Below are positions 10,801-21,443 of a stretch of DNA of 64,000 bases, in pieces. Location of the stretch: contig OZ253555.1 of NCBI GenBank assembly GCA_965262725.1, positions 1,856,001 through 1,920,000 on the forward strand, in the 5' to 3' direction. Every line of letters begins with the position of its first letter. Positions within the stretch are counted from its first letter, which is position 1. The position numbers and the translations under genes were made by a program. The notes under the pieces were generated by a model. It worked only from the letters and a program-made list of their open reading frames with translations, was not told the origin of the DNA and searched no databases. Origin of the DNA: Dehalococcoidia bacterium. Lineage in GTDB: Bacteria > Chloroflexota > Dehalococcoidia > UBA2979.

Positions 10801-11142
10801 GAGCACGGCAGCCGAGGGGTCGAGTACCGCCTCGACGGGGTGCTCGCGCAGCAGGCGCAGGCCCAGCGAGTGCACCGTCCCGATCGCCGCCTCGTCGAGC
10901 AAGGCGCGATGCTGCTCCAGCGCGGGGTCCAACATCACCGCGCTGCGCACCCGCTCGCGCATCTCGGCGGCGGCCGCCTCGGTGAAGGTGATCGCCGCGA
11001 TCTCCGGGATCGAGCAGTCGCGCAGCAGCCGCAGGTAGCGCTCGACCAGCACGCGGGTCTTGCCGCTGCCCGCGCCGGCCGCGACCGTGAGGTCCGAGGC
11101 GTCCGCCTCGATGATCGTTCGTTGCTCGCCGGTCAGGTCCAC
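7822..11142 (-). CDS. addA: AddA-like UvrD helicase with C-terminal PD-(D/E)XK nuclease
   Basis: AGAGSGKT, VDESQD, VGDARQSIYRFRGA, MTVHGAKGLEFP, RLFYVAATRA; C-terminal GSIDLV...IDFKSD...QIGLY. Confidence 0.9.
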   Translation of the reverse strand: MDLTGEQRTIIEADASDLTVAAGAGSGKTRVLVERYLRLLRDCSIPEIAAITFTEAAAAEMRERVRSAVMLDPALEQHRALLDEAAIGTVHSLGLRLLREHPVEAVLDPSAAVLADDEAELLRRTACIEAIDAAAEADDERTTALRGIGVYHAGVRLPRMVAERDAVESAFAAMGADSAGWPGRVRATLDGRYGPRQRSIQEQTPTIAARIRRDADAVSDRLAEVVRDVLAPLTEACEADSWQDFAALLGDAAARIRLNVGRRSPPDSDVKDALRELRELAGEAGRLPAWNEHDEPALEALAGLRALFENAVRRYTAAKEAQGALDYLDLELGAVGLLRDHPAVAAAVRERFRHLMVDESQDINPVQAELIELIAGGDGDGPRPALFLVGDARQSIYRFRGADVHRFTALQGLVARRGGPLLPLSRSFRSHDALVARINELFGEVFAGTAPSLAALPPMTGRPGEAPDDGTYLTLTQIGSRAPDGGRPREPERRRVEADVVAEEIERLLAGGRLVWDRDERVMRPAQRGDIAILLRRFRHVHVFQQALDTHGITAATPSGTGFFTRQEVFDCINLLRWLAEPQDDLALSGVLRSPFFALGDDTLLALRERGRPVAALADPPDEIAGEERARCAHARETLAALRRAAASLPADALLELALDRTAVEASWAPLAGGEQARANIRKLLRIVRTLAGHPLSEVVSYLEQRRDDLDPREGPATLDRPDAVQLMTVHGAKGLEFPIVFVPEAHLSSWSTWDAVRWSREDGVSVMLERDEDDDKRPRPGFYAHLQQQDQLEDAEEQRRLFYVAATRAGDYLHISGDETGGGGWLHSVRDAHASGALREIQLREPVPPDLEAIARRRAPSALERPDTSEEEDYISPLLARPPAIPLRASTPVTALRPPETAPRQHEHGDGLAALRGLLVHRAFEVSGGAPGSLDDDALADLAREQSERALDDATARALAGEAREMLDRFTRSPVAAALAAPDVERWFELPFAWDWDGVPVHGSIDLVYHDASGWHVIDFKSDRLDGTSAKEAARHYAVQIGLYQRAIEAAVGAPANAGLLFLRSGELAWPGHTEVEAALAEARRRVDAGGLLEPADAGFLEEPE

Positions 11143-11360
11143 TGCTTACGCCTCGTGAACTGGTTGACGCGACAGATATGGCGGAAGGCGCAGTAGCTGG
11201 GGCAGGTCGGCACCTGCGGGTCCACCCGGAAGTCACCTTCGGCCACCGAGGTACGCACCCCCTCCGCGTGTTGCGCCGCCTCCTCGATCAGCGCAGCATC
11301 GTCCGGGTTCGAGATCGAGCCCCGAATGTGGCAGGGCCCGATCGTCGCCTGCCTGGGGCG
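11133..11360 (-). pseudogene. addB: 3' remnant of AddB-like nuclease gene
   Basis: Manual translation ...AEGDFRVDPQVPTCPSYCAFRHICRVNQFTRRKQWT*, with the C-terminal Fe-S cysteine pattern of AddB; overlaps the addA start; no upstream part before vapC. Confidence 0.8.
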
Positions 11361-11361
11361 C

Positions 11362-11751
11362 TCAGCGCTCGGCTGGGATGGTCTGCACGCCGTAGCGGGA
11401 AATGATGCTGTCGGAGGTCACGATGGTCAGTCCCTCGACCTGAGCCTGAGCGACGAGCAGCCGATCGAACGGATCGCGGTGGATGGGTGTGAGTCCTCCC
11501 GCATGCTCCGCGTGGAAGAGGGTGATGGGCAGACCCTTGAAGCCATCCTGCTCAATCCGCCCGGCGAGATCGGGAGGAGCCCGCAGTTTTCCCAGGGCCT
11601 GCTTGATGGCGATCTCCCAGACCGAGGCGGCGCTCGCGTACGCGTCGTTGTCGGGGTCGGTGATGGCGTCACGGGCGCTCGGTCCAAGCCTCGGATGATT
11701 CCCGAGCGCCCACACCAGGGCCTGGGTGTCGAGGAGCAGGCGGAGCATCAC
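11362..11751 (-). CDS. vapC: VapC PIN-domain toxin
   Basis: LLLDTQALVW, SAASVWEIAIK, HRDPFDRLLVAQA. Confidence 0.95.
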   Translation of the reverse strand: MMLRLLLDTQALVWALGNHPRLGPSARDAITDPDNDAYASAASVWEIAIKQALGKLRAPPDLAGRIEQDGFKGLPITLFHAEHAGGLTPIHRDPFDRLLVAQAQVEGLTIVTSDSIISRYGVQTIPAER

Positions 11752-11990
11752 GCAACGTCACCACTGGCGCCCTCGAATGCCTCGATTACCTCCAACGGGG
11801 TGTCGTCGAAATCCTCGGCGATCCAGATCTGACCCTCAAGCGATCCAAGCTCGCGCCGGCGTCGCTCCCGGTAGGGTTGGAGCAGCAGGTACGGCTTGCC
11901 GGCCTTGGCGATCACGATCTCCTCTCCGCTCCACGCCAGCTCGCCGAGACGGGAGAGTTGCGACTTCGCCTCGTGCATGTTGACCTGCAT
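11748..11990 (-). CDS. Phd/YefM-family antitoxin
   Basis: VNMHEAKSQLSRL...GEEIVIAKAGKP; 4-nt overlap with vapC. Confidence 0.93.
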   Translation of the reverse strand: MQVNMHEAKSQLSRLGELAWSGEEIVIAKAGKPYLLLQPYRERRRRELGSLEGQIWIAEDFDDTPLEVIEAFEGASGDVA

Positions 11991-12004
11991 CGGGGGCTCC
12001 TTAG

Positions 12005-12019
12005 CTAAGCTGGGCTTAG
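12005..12019. promoter_or_regulatory. Palindromic operator upstream of TA operon
   Basis: CTAAGC-TGG-GCTTAG, about 15 bp upstream of the antitoxin start; typical of TA autoregulation. Confidence 0.5.
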
Positions 12020-12205
12020 TCGATTATTGGGGCAACGCGCCCCATCCGCAACGCGGCGGCGAAGGTGCGGGTGCCTGTCGGGCTCGTTACAAGCGGAGCT
12101 CCCGATACTCAGCGTGAGAATCCGGGGCTCACGGCCCTGCGTGGTCGCGCGCGCCGAGGCACTAGAATCCAGCTGGAGGCATCATTCGTAGCCGGGGGGG
12201 TCGCG

Positions 12206-13306
12206 ATGGAGATCAAGGCGGCAGTGCTCTACGAGGCGAACACCCCGCTGGTCGTCGAGCCCGTGCAGCTCGACGCCCCGAAGCATGGCGAGGTTCTCGT
12301 GCGCATCGCCGCGGCGGGCGTGTGTCACTCCGACTACCACGTGATGAAGGGCGAGTGGACACTGCCGCTGCCGATGGTGCTCGGCCACGAGGCCGCCGGC
12401 ACCGTCGAGAAGGTGGGCCCGGGAGTCGAGCGCGTGCGGCCGGGCGACCACGTGATCCTGAACTTCCGCCCGAACTGTGGCTGGTGCGACCACTGCAGCC
12501 GGGGCGAGCCCGTGCTCTGCAACGGAGCGGACAGCGAGCGCTGGCTGCTGTTCGACGGCACCACGCGCCTGCACACCGGCGGCGGGCGGGACCTCAATCA
12601 CTTCGCACGAGTCGCCTCGTTCGCGGAGTATGCGGTCGTCCCCGAGTCGGGCGCGGTGCCCGTCCGCAACGACGTGCCTCTCGACAAGGCGGCGCTGATC
12701 GGATGCTCGGTGATGACCGGGGTCGGAGCGGTCATCAACACCGCGCGGGTCGAGGTCGGCAGCTCGGTGCTGGTGATCGGCTGCGGCGGGGTCGGCCTGA
12801 ACTGCATCCAGGGCGCCGTGCTTGCGGGGGCGGAGCGGATCATCGCCGTCGACGTGAGGGCCAACAAGCTCACGTACGCAAAGCAGTTCGGCGCGACCGA
12901 CGTCCTCGACGCGAGCGAGGGCGACACCGCAGCCCGGGTTATCGAGCTGACGGGTGGGGGCGTGGACTACGCGTTCGAGGCGATCGGCTTCTCGAAGACG
13001 ATCGTCGACTGCTACGAGTCGACGCGGCTCGGCGGCACGACGGTCGTCGTGGGTATGACGCCCGAGGACGACATGATGACCATCCCCGCGCTCTCGCTTC
13101 CGCGCACGGAGAAGGTGCTGCGCGGCTCGTGGTATGGCTCCGCCCGGCCCTGGATCGACCTCCCGAAGATGGTCGACCTCTACATGGGCGGCCGCCTGCA
13201 GGTCGATCCGCTCGTCAGCCGCACCTACCCGCTCGAGGAGATCAACGAGGCGTACGCGGCCCTCGATCGCGGCGAGGTCGCACGTAGCGTGCTGCTGATG
13301 GACTGA
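12206..13306 (+). CDS. Zn-dependent alcohol dehydrogenase (class III / formaldehyde dehydrogenase-like)
   Basis: GVCHSD, GHEAAG, CxxCxxC-x7-C structural Zn site, GCGGVG Rossmann motif. Confidence 0.93.
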   Translation: MEIKAAVLYEANTPLVVEPVQLDAPKHGEVLVRIAAAGVCHSDYHVMKGEWTLPLPMVLGHEAAGTVEKVGPGVERVRPGDHVILNFRPNCGWCDHCSRGEPVLCNGADSERWLLFDGTTRLHTGGGRDLNHFARVASFAEYAVVPESGAVPVRNDVPLDKAALIGCSVMTGVGAVINTARVEVGSSVLVIGCGGVGLNCIQGAVLAGAERIIAVDVRANKLTYAKQFGATDVLDASEGDTAARVIELTGGGVDYAFEAIGFSKTIVDCYESTRLGGTTVVVGMTPEDDMMTIPALSLPRTEKVLRGSWYGSARPWIDLPKMVDLYMGGRLQVDPLVSRTYPLEEINEAYAALDRGEVARSVLLMD

Positions 13307-13311
13307 GCCGC

Positions 13312-13390
13312 TCACCAGCCGATTCGTTCGTTCGGGATGGTCTGCACGCCGTAGCGGGAAATGATGCCGCCGGACGTCACGATGGTCAGT
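13312..13390 (-). pseudogene. 3' fragment of a second vapC
   Basis: 13334-13390 matches 11375-11431 at 54/57 nt; reads LTIVTSGGIISRYGVQTIPNERIGW*. Confidence 0.8.
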
Positions 13391-13553
13391 GGAGTCGGCT
13401 AGACGACGCGCAGACGGTCATGAGGCTCGGGCGGCAACCCGACCAAGATCCGGTCGCCAGGCTGCACTCCGCCGGTATGCGAACCCGCGACCCCCAGTTG
13501 GCGAAACTGGCGCTCAGGCGCGCTCGCACCAGGTACCACGAGCCGGATGACGA

Positions 13554-13885
13554 TCAGTCGATCACCAAGGCGTCGATAGTCGTGCTGAAGGTCCCGGCCG
13601 AGTCAATGCTGCGATCGAGCCTGGCTTGCGACCACGCTCGATCTCGGAGAGATAGCTGAGGGCCACACCCGAGCGCTCCGACAACTCGCGCAAGGTGAGC
13701 CTGTGCTGGTCGCGGAATGCACGGACGGGGCTGGCACCTTCCATGATGGCGAGCGCCACCTCGTGCGGAAGCCTTGCATCGCCCTCCGCCTCGGCGGCGG
13801 CCAGACGGTCCTCAAGCACGGCGGTCCGCTCGACAAGCGCGTCGTACTGCTCGCGTGTCAGCGTGACGATCTCATCGGCGCTCAT
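13554..13885 (-). pseudogene. XRE-family HTH antitoxin (HigA-like), probably frameshifted near the C-terminus
   Basis: LTLRELSERSGVALSYLSEIERGRKPGS HTH; natural-looking tail (TTIDALVID*) lies in another frame. Confidence 0.75.
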
Positions 13886-14085
13886 ACGCCTCCCTCCTGT
13901 GCCGGACTCTCAGCACGACCATGACAGGCGGATCGCGGTGCTCGACGGCGAAGATCACCCTGTAGCTCCCGACCCTCAGACGGTGGTACCTGCTCCCGGT
14001 CAACGGCGTCACCTGCCTGGCAAGCGTTTCCGGGTCCTGAGCGTACTGTTGGCGCGCGTGGCTCATCCACAACTTCTGGCTATAC
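13872..14085 (-). pseudogene. RelE/ParE-family toxin, 5'-truncated
   Basis: YHRLRVGSYRVIF...VLRVRHRREAY; overlaps the XRE gene; 5' end abuts the VirB4 relic. Confidence 0.8.
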
Positions 14086-14088
14086 CTC

Positions 14089-14570
14089 GGAGCTGCGGTC
14101 GCTCGCCACCTACGTGGTCGCCGATCATGTCTGGCGCGCGGTTCGCCGCGAGCCGAAGCCGCTCGTGCTCCTCATAGACGAGGCGTGGTCGCTGATGCGC
14201 CACGTGGAGGGGGCGCGGTTCTCGCGCAGATGGCGCGCCGCGCCCGCAAGCGCTGGCTCGGCCTGACGACGGTGACGCAGGAAGTCGAGGACTTCCTGGC
14301 CTCGCCCGAGGGGCACACCGTGCTCGCCAACAGCTCGGTTCAGATGCTCGTGCGGCAGGACAGCTCGGCGGCGGACTGGTCGCCGAGACCTTCGGGCTCT
14401 CCCCCGGGGAGCGGGAGTTCGTGACGTCCTCCCGGCGGGGGCAGGGGCTGCTCCTGGCCCACGGCAACCGCGTGGCGCTCGGCATCGAGGCGAGCGATCT
14501 GGAGGCGTCTCTCGCGACCACCGACCCGGCGGAGCTCGCGGCAGGCGGCAGGGGGATGGAGGTGGCGTGA
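14089..14570 (+). pseudogene. VirB4-like ATPase 3' fragment (frameshifted paralog of 40176-42002)
   Basis: LLIDEAWSLMR, RRARKRWLGLTTVTQ, GHTVLANSSVQ match the intact VirB4; two frameshifts. Confidence 0.9.
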
Positions 14571-14668
14571 TGACGATGACGACCGATATCGAGCGCGTGA
14601 AGCAGTGCAATCCGATCGAGGATGTCGTGGCCCGCCGCGGCGTGGAGCTTCGGGGGCAACCCGACTGA
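14570..14668 (+). pseudogene. Primase N-terminal fragment (paralog of 39091-40179)
   Basis: MTMTTDIERVKQCNPIEDVVARRGVELRGQ versus MSHIDIDQLKRRNPLADIVRRHGVELRGQ; same gene order as in the ICE. Confidence 0.85.
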
Positions 14669-14697
14669 AGCGTGGAGCCCTCCTTTGATCAGTCTGC

Positions 14698-15915
14698 CTA
14701 GCCAGCTGTGAACTTTGCCGCTTCCCCCGAACCGCCTGTAGCATCCCCTTCGCTGTATGAGTGGGCTCCTGTTCCAGCAAGGGCGCCTCCCTGGACAATC
14801 AGGTACTCCTCCCTAATCGGCCGTCCATCCAACCAGCATTCCAGAATCTCACGGACTCCCGCTGAGTAGCGGGCTTGGGCTGAAAGCGAAGTGCCCGAGG
14901 TGTGGGGAGTCATGGCGTGGTTGGGCATGGACCTCCAGGGGTGATCATTGGGAGCCGGCTGAGGGAACCAAACGTCGCCCGCATACCCTGCCAGTTGACC
15001 GCTTTCGAGAGCTCTGACGATGGCGTCCCGGTCACAGATTTTGCCGCGGGCCGTGTTGACGATATAGGAGCCGCGCTTCATCTTGCTAATCAGAGCATCG
15101 TTGAACATATTCTCAGTCTCGGGATGGAGAGGACAATGGATGCTGACCACATCACACACACTGACGAGCGACTCAACGGTTTCGTGGAACGTCAGGCCAA
15201 GCTCTTGCTCGACATCAGTGGCAAGCCGATGTCTGTCGGTATAGTGGAGAGTGACGTCGAAAGGCTTCATTCGTCTCAGGACCGCTAAGCCAATTCTGCC
15301 GGCCGCCACTACACCCACGTCCATTCCCTCAATGTCGTAGGACCTGGAAACGGCGTCCGCAATGTTCCATCCGCCCCTGACCACCCAATCGTGCTGGGGG
15401 ATGTAGTCCCTGACCAGCGCCAACATCTGCATGACCGCATGCTCCGCGACGCTTATGCTGTTGCACCAGGTCACTTCACAGACAGTGATGTTCCTGCCGA
15501 TGGCCGCCTGAAGGTCGACATGGTCCGACCCAATGCCAGCGGTTATGGCTAACTTGAGGTTCGGAGCCTTTTCAATGCGCTCGGCGGTGAGGTACGCGGG
15601 CCAGAAGGGTTGGGAGATGACTATATCGGCATCAGCCAGTTCTCTTTCGAAAACGGAATCGGGTCCATCCTTGTCCGCCGTTACGACGAACCTGTGTCCC
15701 CGTTCAGCCAAGAACCTCTCCAGCCCAAGTCCGCCCGAAACAGATCCCAGAAGGTGGCCAGGGATGAAGTCTATGGCGGCCGGTGAGGGTAAGGTCTGGC
15801 CGTCCGGATACTGGGTGAGGTTGGGTATTCTTTCGCGGGCATAGTCCGGAGGAAATCCTGCCACTGGATCGGAATAGAGAACACAAAGCACTTTCTGAGC
15901 GGAAGAGGAACTCAT
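14698..15915 (-). CDS. fdh: NAD-dependent (metal-independent) formate dehydrogenase
   Basis: SQPFWPAYLT, GIGSDHVDL, NSISVAEH, AAGRIG, YTDRHRL, YAGDVWFPQP, MTPHTSG; AGGAG RBS; visibly lower GC than the flanks. Confidence 0.96.
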   Translation of the reverse strand: MSSSSAQKVLCVLYSDPVAGFPPDYARERIPNLTQYPDGQTLPSPAAIDFIPGHLLGSVSGGLGLERFLAERGHRFVVTADKDGPDSVFERELADADIVISQPFWPAYLTAERIEKAPNLKLAITAGIGSDHVDLQAAIGRNITVCEVTWCNSISVAEHAVMQMLALVRDYIPQHDWVVRGGWNIADAVSRSYDIEGMDVGVVAAGRIGLAVLRRMKPFDVTLHYTDRHRLATDVEQELGLTFHETVESLVSVCDVVSIHCPLHPETENMFNDALISKMKRGSYIVNTARGKICDRDAIVRALESGQLAGYAGDVWFPQPAPNDHPWRSMPNHAMTPHTSGTSLSAQARYSAGVREILECWLDGRPIREEYLIVQGGALAGTGAHSYSEGDATGGSGEAAKFTAG

Positions 15916-16769
15916 AGTAATCTCCTAAGTATATCTCCGCATATTGTATGTCGACCAATAGCCAGGGGTGGTCTTTGCCACCCCGCTGCTGCGGGATGTC
16001 CTCGAGTTCATGCCCGACGAGCTTCCAGCCCATCGGGGTCGGGGACCAAGGCCTGTCACGGCCAGCCGCCCCAAGGATGTGGCGACAGGCCGTCCCTGAC
16101 TGCCGGGCTGCGCCTCTGTGCAGACACGGCCGGGTGGTAGCGTTCTTGCCCCCGTTCCCGCGGAGCGAGGCGTCCGGAACCGTCGGCGTTCATCGACTCG
16201 CCCCTCGGTTGGGCTGTGGCCCATGCTCGCTTCCACGTCCTCGCGCGCCCGCCTGGATGCGGCCTCCAATTCGAGACGCGCCCGGCCCCACGCCTCCGAC
16301 TGTACTGGCCCGGTCGGAGACTACAAGAACTTGCAGAAACAAGCTCTGAGTCTCACAGTCACCCTACACTGCGCTTGTATGCTTTGGTGGTGCAGGTGAC
16401 AATGAACGCTGCAATTGGCGGCACCGTCCTGAGGATGCACAGCGGGGGCAACGGCGCAGGCAAAGAGTTTGCCCTGCTTCAATCCGCGCGGGCGGTCGAG
16501 CATCAATCGGGAGTACTACTCGCCGGCGCGTACGAAGCCATCGCCCTACACGATGCCGATGCCCCTCCAACACGAACCAACCCGGCTATGGCGAGGGCCT
16601 GCTTGTCGCTAAGACGTGCGATGAGCGAGGCGCAAGGCCCTCGGATGGCGATGGAATACGGCGAGGACCGCGTCGTAGTTGGCATCAGATTGAATCAGGC
16701 GAAGCATGCCTTCGTCCAAGCCGACGAGATAGGCGAACGGGCCAAGATTGTGGCCGCTGGGAAGACGAA

Positions 16770-17927
<1,158 letters not shown>

Positions 17928-18264
17928 CACCTGGGCTTTGCCGCAGAAGCGCGGCCGGCGTGCCAAGGCCAAGAGGCCCCTCCGGCTTCACGGGGTTGAC
18001 GCCGCGGACTTACCCGAGCGCGGTGCTGCTGTCTAGTGCTCGACATAATCCCCACTGGACGAACATGGGGATGTCCGTTCAGCTGCGATAAACGATGAGC
18101 TGCCTCGCGGGGTGCGCTTTCGCTGCACGTTCCACACTGCGAGTAGGCGGACGCCAGTCGGGCACGGCGGCCGTCGTCAGACGTCTAAGAGCCGCCACAG
18201 GAGCGGCTCCCCGTCGTTGAGGGCTACCAGCGCCTCGCAGATCGATTCGGGCAGGCTCTTCGAA

Positions 18265-18336
18265 GTAGTCCGTCTCGAACCAGACGATCGTCGGGAAATC
18301 GACGGAATCGAGGCCCGTCTGCACCAGCCGGGGGTG
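18265..18336 (-). pseudogene. SF2 (SNF2-like) helicase C-terminal fragment
   Basis: HPRLVQTGLDSVDFPTIVWFETDY; overlaps in sequence with the 49113 fragment. Confidence 0.65.
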
Positions 18337-18384
18337 GCGACGAGGTCGAGGAGCGCCTATGGGGCTCCCGTGGGCAGAACGAGA

Positions 18385-18588
18385 TCTTCAGCTCGTTTGC
18401 GGTGAGGGACATGCTCAAGAACGCGTTCTACCTCGGGATGGTCACACATACCGCGGCGACACGTTTCGCGGTCAGCACGAGCCGATCGTGACCCAGCAGC
18501 GCTACCAGCACGAGCAGGCGAGGCGCAGCGTCGTGCCGCCCAGAAGCACCACCGGCGGTGCCACGGGACTCCTTCACGGGCGGCTCCG
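18385..18588 (+). pseudogene. Large serine recombinase internal fragment
   Basis: VRDMLKNAFYLGMVT / YRGDTFRGQHEPIV...GLLHGRL (recombinase-domain pattern, one frameshift). Confidence 0.7.
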
Positions 18589-18627
18589 AGATATCGTCAA
18601 GAGTTGTGGATCGCTGGCCAGGGCAAG

Positions 18628-18881
18628 TCAGGCGGCGTACCTCCCGTGGCGTGCGTCGTCGCTCGCATCCGGGCTGACGGCTCGTTCCTGTAGGACGCCA
18701 TCGACGAAGACGCCGCCCGCCCGGACGACGGCGACGAGTTGCGGGGCGTTCACCCGCCGCCAGCGCTGCTGCGCGGCGTCGAGCAGTTTGTAGGCCATCG
18801 CCAGTCCCGCCGACCGCGACCCGGCGCCCTTCGTGACGCGCTGGCGCAGCCGCACCGTCGCGAAGGTGGACTCGATCGGGT
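18628..18881 (-). pseudogene. IS256-family transposase 3' fragment, cut by the group II intron
   Basis: PIESTFATVRLRQRVTKGAGSRSAGLAMAYKLL...WRRVNAP; ends exactly at the intron GTGCG. Confidence 0.85.
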
Positions 18882-20115
18882 GTGCGCCTTGAAGTTGAAG
18901 GACGGTGCAGGATGACCTGACCAGTCTGGAGACGTGCTCGTTGTCGCCAACCGGTGCAAGTCCGGTCCGGGTAACTATCAGGAGGCTCGGTAGCAGGTCG
19001 GCGGCTTGGTCTGGAAACGGACCGGGTCGGAGCCCGACGTCGAAAGCCCTTTCAGGGGAAGCAAACACACGGTCCGCAGCATAAAGCGAAGCCTGCCGCG
19101 TCGTAAGAGTCCCCGCCATTGGCGGGAAAGAGGAAGAGCCGAGCCCCGACCCTCAGGGCGAAGGCCATGGAAGAGATGAAGACCTGGAATCGCAATCTCG
19201 AAGAACTTCCCGGCGTAAGCCCTGATCCAGAGCGCCAGGCTAACTGGCGAGTAGGCAGGAGGTGGAAGTCCTCTATGGCAAAGAGCTAGCCACTCATGTC
19301 ATTCCGCGAGCCGTGCGCGGGTCGTCGCGAGGCGGCTTGTGAAGCGTCGGCAGCGGGGTGTGCGGGCGGGGCTAATGAGCATCGAAAGGGCCATTTGGGG
19401 TGCCGAGGCTCTTGGATTGGTCGAAGGCAATACCGGCGACGGCGCTACTGGCGAGTCGTGGTCGGGCCCCACGGTGTCGAAGACCCCATGCACGCACACA
19501 CGTCTATCGCCGGGACTTGGGAGAGCTGCGCGTTGTCCCGACGAGTCGTACGCCGGGACCGCGTCGGGAAGGGACGTAAACCGTAGCCGATGATGAACGA
19601 TGCGCAGCAGTCTGATGGGGCCGTACGAGCGATGAAGGCGGCGAACAAGGGGGCGCGAGCCCCGGCGGAGTCGCTGGAGCAAAGGGCCCCAACCGAGAGG
19701 AATCCTCAAAGCACCGGCACGGTCCGGACGCAGAGTCGGGGTGCGGTGTCACCCGGAGCGGAGAGGATACGGCAGTTCGTGGAACGGAAGCCGGGAGAGA
19801 AACTCACCGCGCTCTTGCACCACATCACGCCGGAGGCGCTGCGGGAGGCGTATCTCGCGTTGAAGCGGGATGCGGCTCCGGGCGTGGACGGGGTGAGGTG
19901 GCGAGAATACGGGGACGGGCTGGACGAGCGATTGCTCGACCTGCATGGCCGCGTACACCGTGGAGCGTACCGGGCGAAGCCCGTCAGGCGGGTAGAGATA
20001 CCCAAGCCGGACGGGGGAATACGGCCGCTCGGTATCGTCTCGCTGGAGGACAAGATCGTTCAGCGGGCGGTGGTGGACAATCTTTTGAACCCGATTTACG
20101 AGTCGGGCTACTACG

Positions 20116-21443
20116 GGGCACCTCGAAGAACTCGCGATTGTTGATGAAGGTATCGGTGAGGGCACGAGGGGGCAGAGGGCGTAGCTGAGGAGACCCCAGG
20201 GGGTGTGGGTGAGTCCGCGAGAGCATAGGTGAAGCGGGATAATTGACAGTTAAACGGGACTGTCAAAGCACCGAACTAGAGGCTGGTGTGAGGTCTGTGG
20301 ACGGGTGGCGGCAAGCTAGGCCGCGGCAGCCGTACGGCGGTGTTCGAGGTGCGCCAGACGGCGAATATTGTACGCCAGGTTCTTGAAGCCGATCTGCGTC
20401 ACTGCCCGCCGCACGCCGATCGTACGGATGTGCGTGCCGCCCATCTCGTTCGTCTGCGAGCCGAAGATGTGCTCAACCCGGGCCCGTACTTGCGACCATC
20501 CCCGGTTGACCGCCTCCTCAGCCGCCGTCAACGGCCGGTTGGCAGCGGCCTTCCGATGGATGCGGCTCGTCAGACCTTTCTCCGTGAGCATTGCCTCAAT
20601 CGCCCGCGACCGATAGGCACGGTCTGCCCACACATCGGGTGACGTGTTCGGAGAGTCGAGCAGCTGGTCGATCACCTGGCTGTCATGGACCGCGGCATCG
20701 GTGACGGCGTAGGAACGCACCAGCTTGTGGCGCCGATCGATGGTGATGTGGTTCTTGTAGCCGTAGTGACTCTTCCCGTGCTTCTTCGTCCAGCGGGCGT
20801 CGAGGTCTTTCTGGGCCAGCTTCGCCGGATTGAAGACCCACTCCGAGGGAATGAGGTCCTGCTTGAGCGACTCGTTCTCCCGGCGGCTGTTGCGCTGGAT
20901 CGGCACCGAGACGATCGAGGCGTCGACGATCTGTCCGCCACTGGCGCGGTAGCCCTGGCTGGCGAGATAGTGGTCGAAGGCCTGGAACAACTCGGCGATG
21001 GCGCCCGCCCTGGTCAACTGCTCGCGGTAGAGCCAGAAGGTGGTGGCGTCGGGCACCCGGCCTTCGATGCCTGTGCCGCAGAAGCGGGAGAAGGAGAGAC
21101 GGTCGCGGATCTGATACTCAATCTGTTCATCGGAGAGGTTGTAGAGTACGCCGAGTATCAATCCCTTGAAGATGACGATTGCGTCCCATGGCTTGCGTCC
21201 GGCCGGTGATTTACGCTCTTCTTCGGGCGTGGCCCAGACGGCTTCTAACTGAGGTCTGAACTGCTCCCACGGGATGATTTGGTCGAGCTTGGCGAGTGGG
21301 TCGCCCTTGGCGTCGAGAGCGTCGTAGCGGTCGTCCACATTGAAGAACCCAAGTTGGCCCATATCATCCCCCGTAACCATGACCCTAATGGCTACAGTAT
21401 ATCATTCACCATGCCGACGATATAGTCATTCTTCGAAGTGCCC
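20116..21443 (-). mobile_element. IS5-family element
   Basis: IRs GGGCACCTCGAAGAA / TTCTTCGAAGTGCCC (14/15); TACG TSD (or CTACGG if the ends are taken 1 nt shorter). Confidence 0.93.
20316..21362 (-). CDS. IS5-family transposase
   Basis: MGQLGFF, VPDATT, IVDASIV, YGYKNHI, WADRAY, RARVEHIFG. Confidence 0.95.
   Translation of the reverse strand: MGQLGFFNVDDRYDALDAKGDPLAKLDQIIPWEQFRPQLEAVWATPEEERKSPAGRKPWDAIVIFKGLILGVLYNLSDEQIEYQIRDRLSFSRFCGTGIEGRVPDATTFWLYREQLTRAGAIAELFQAFDHYLASQGYRASGGQIVDASIVSVPIQRNSRRENESLKQDLIPSEWVFNPAKLAQKDLDARWTKKHGKSHYGYKNHITIDRRHKLVRSYAVTDAAVHDSQVIDQLLDSPNTSPDVWADRAYRSRAIEAMLTEKGLTSRIHRKAAANRPLTAAEEAVNRGWSQVRARVEHIFGSQTNEMGGTHIRTIGVRRAVTQIGFKNLAYNIRRLAHLEHRRTAAAA

Noticed and set aside
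8411-11236. 941-aa ORF and other long Arg/Ala/Pro-rich ORFs (e.g. 34551..36542, 46676..48892, 45796..47091)
   Set aside because: Shadow frames overlapping real genes in high-GC DNA; no motifs.
18030-18066. TTATGTCGAG (minus strand) resembles a XerD arm of dif
   Set aside because: No XerC-like arm at 6-bp spacing; the similar patch near 15940 also has the wrong spacing.
18882-19119. N-terminal part of ORF 18628..19119 as a longer transposase
   Set aside because: It is antisense read-through into the intron 5' end.
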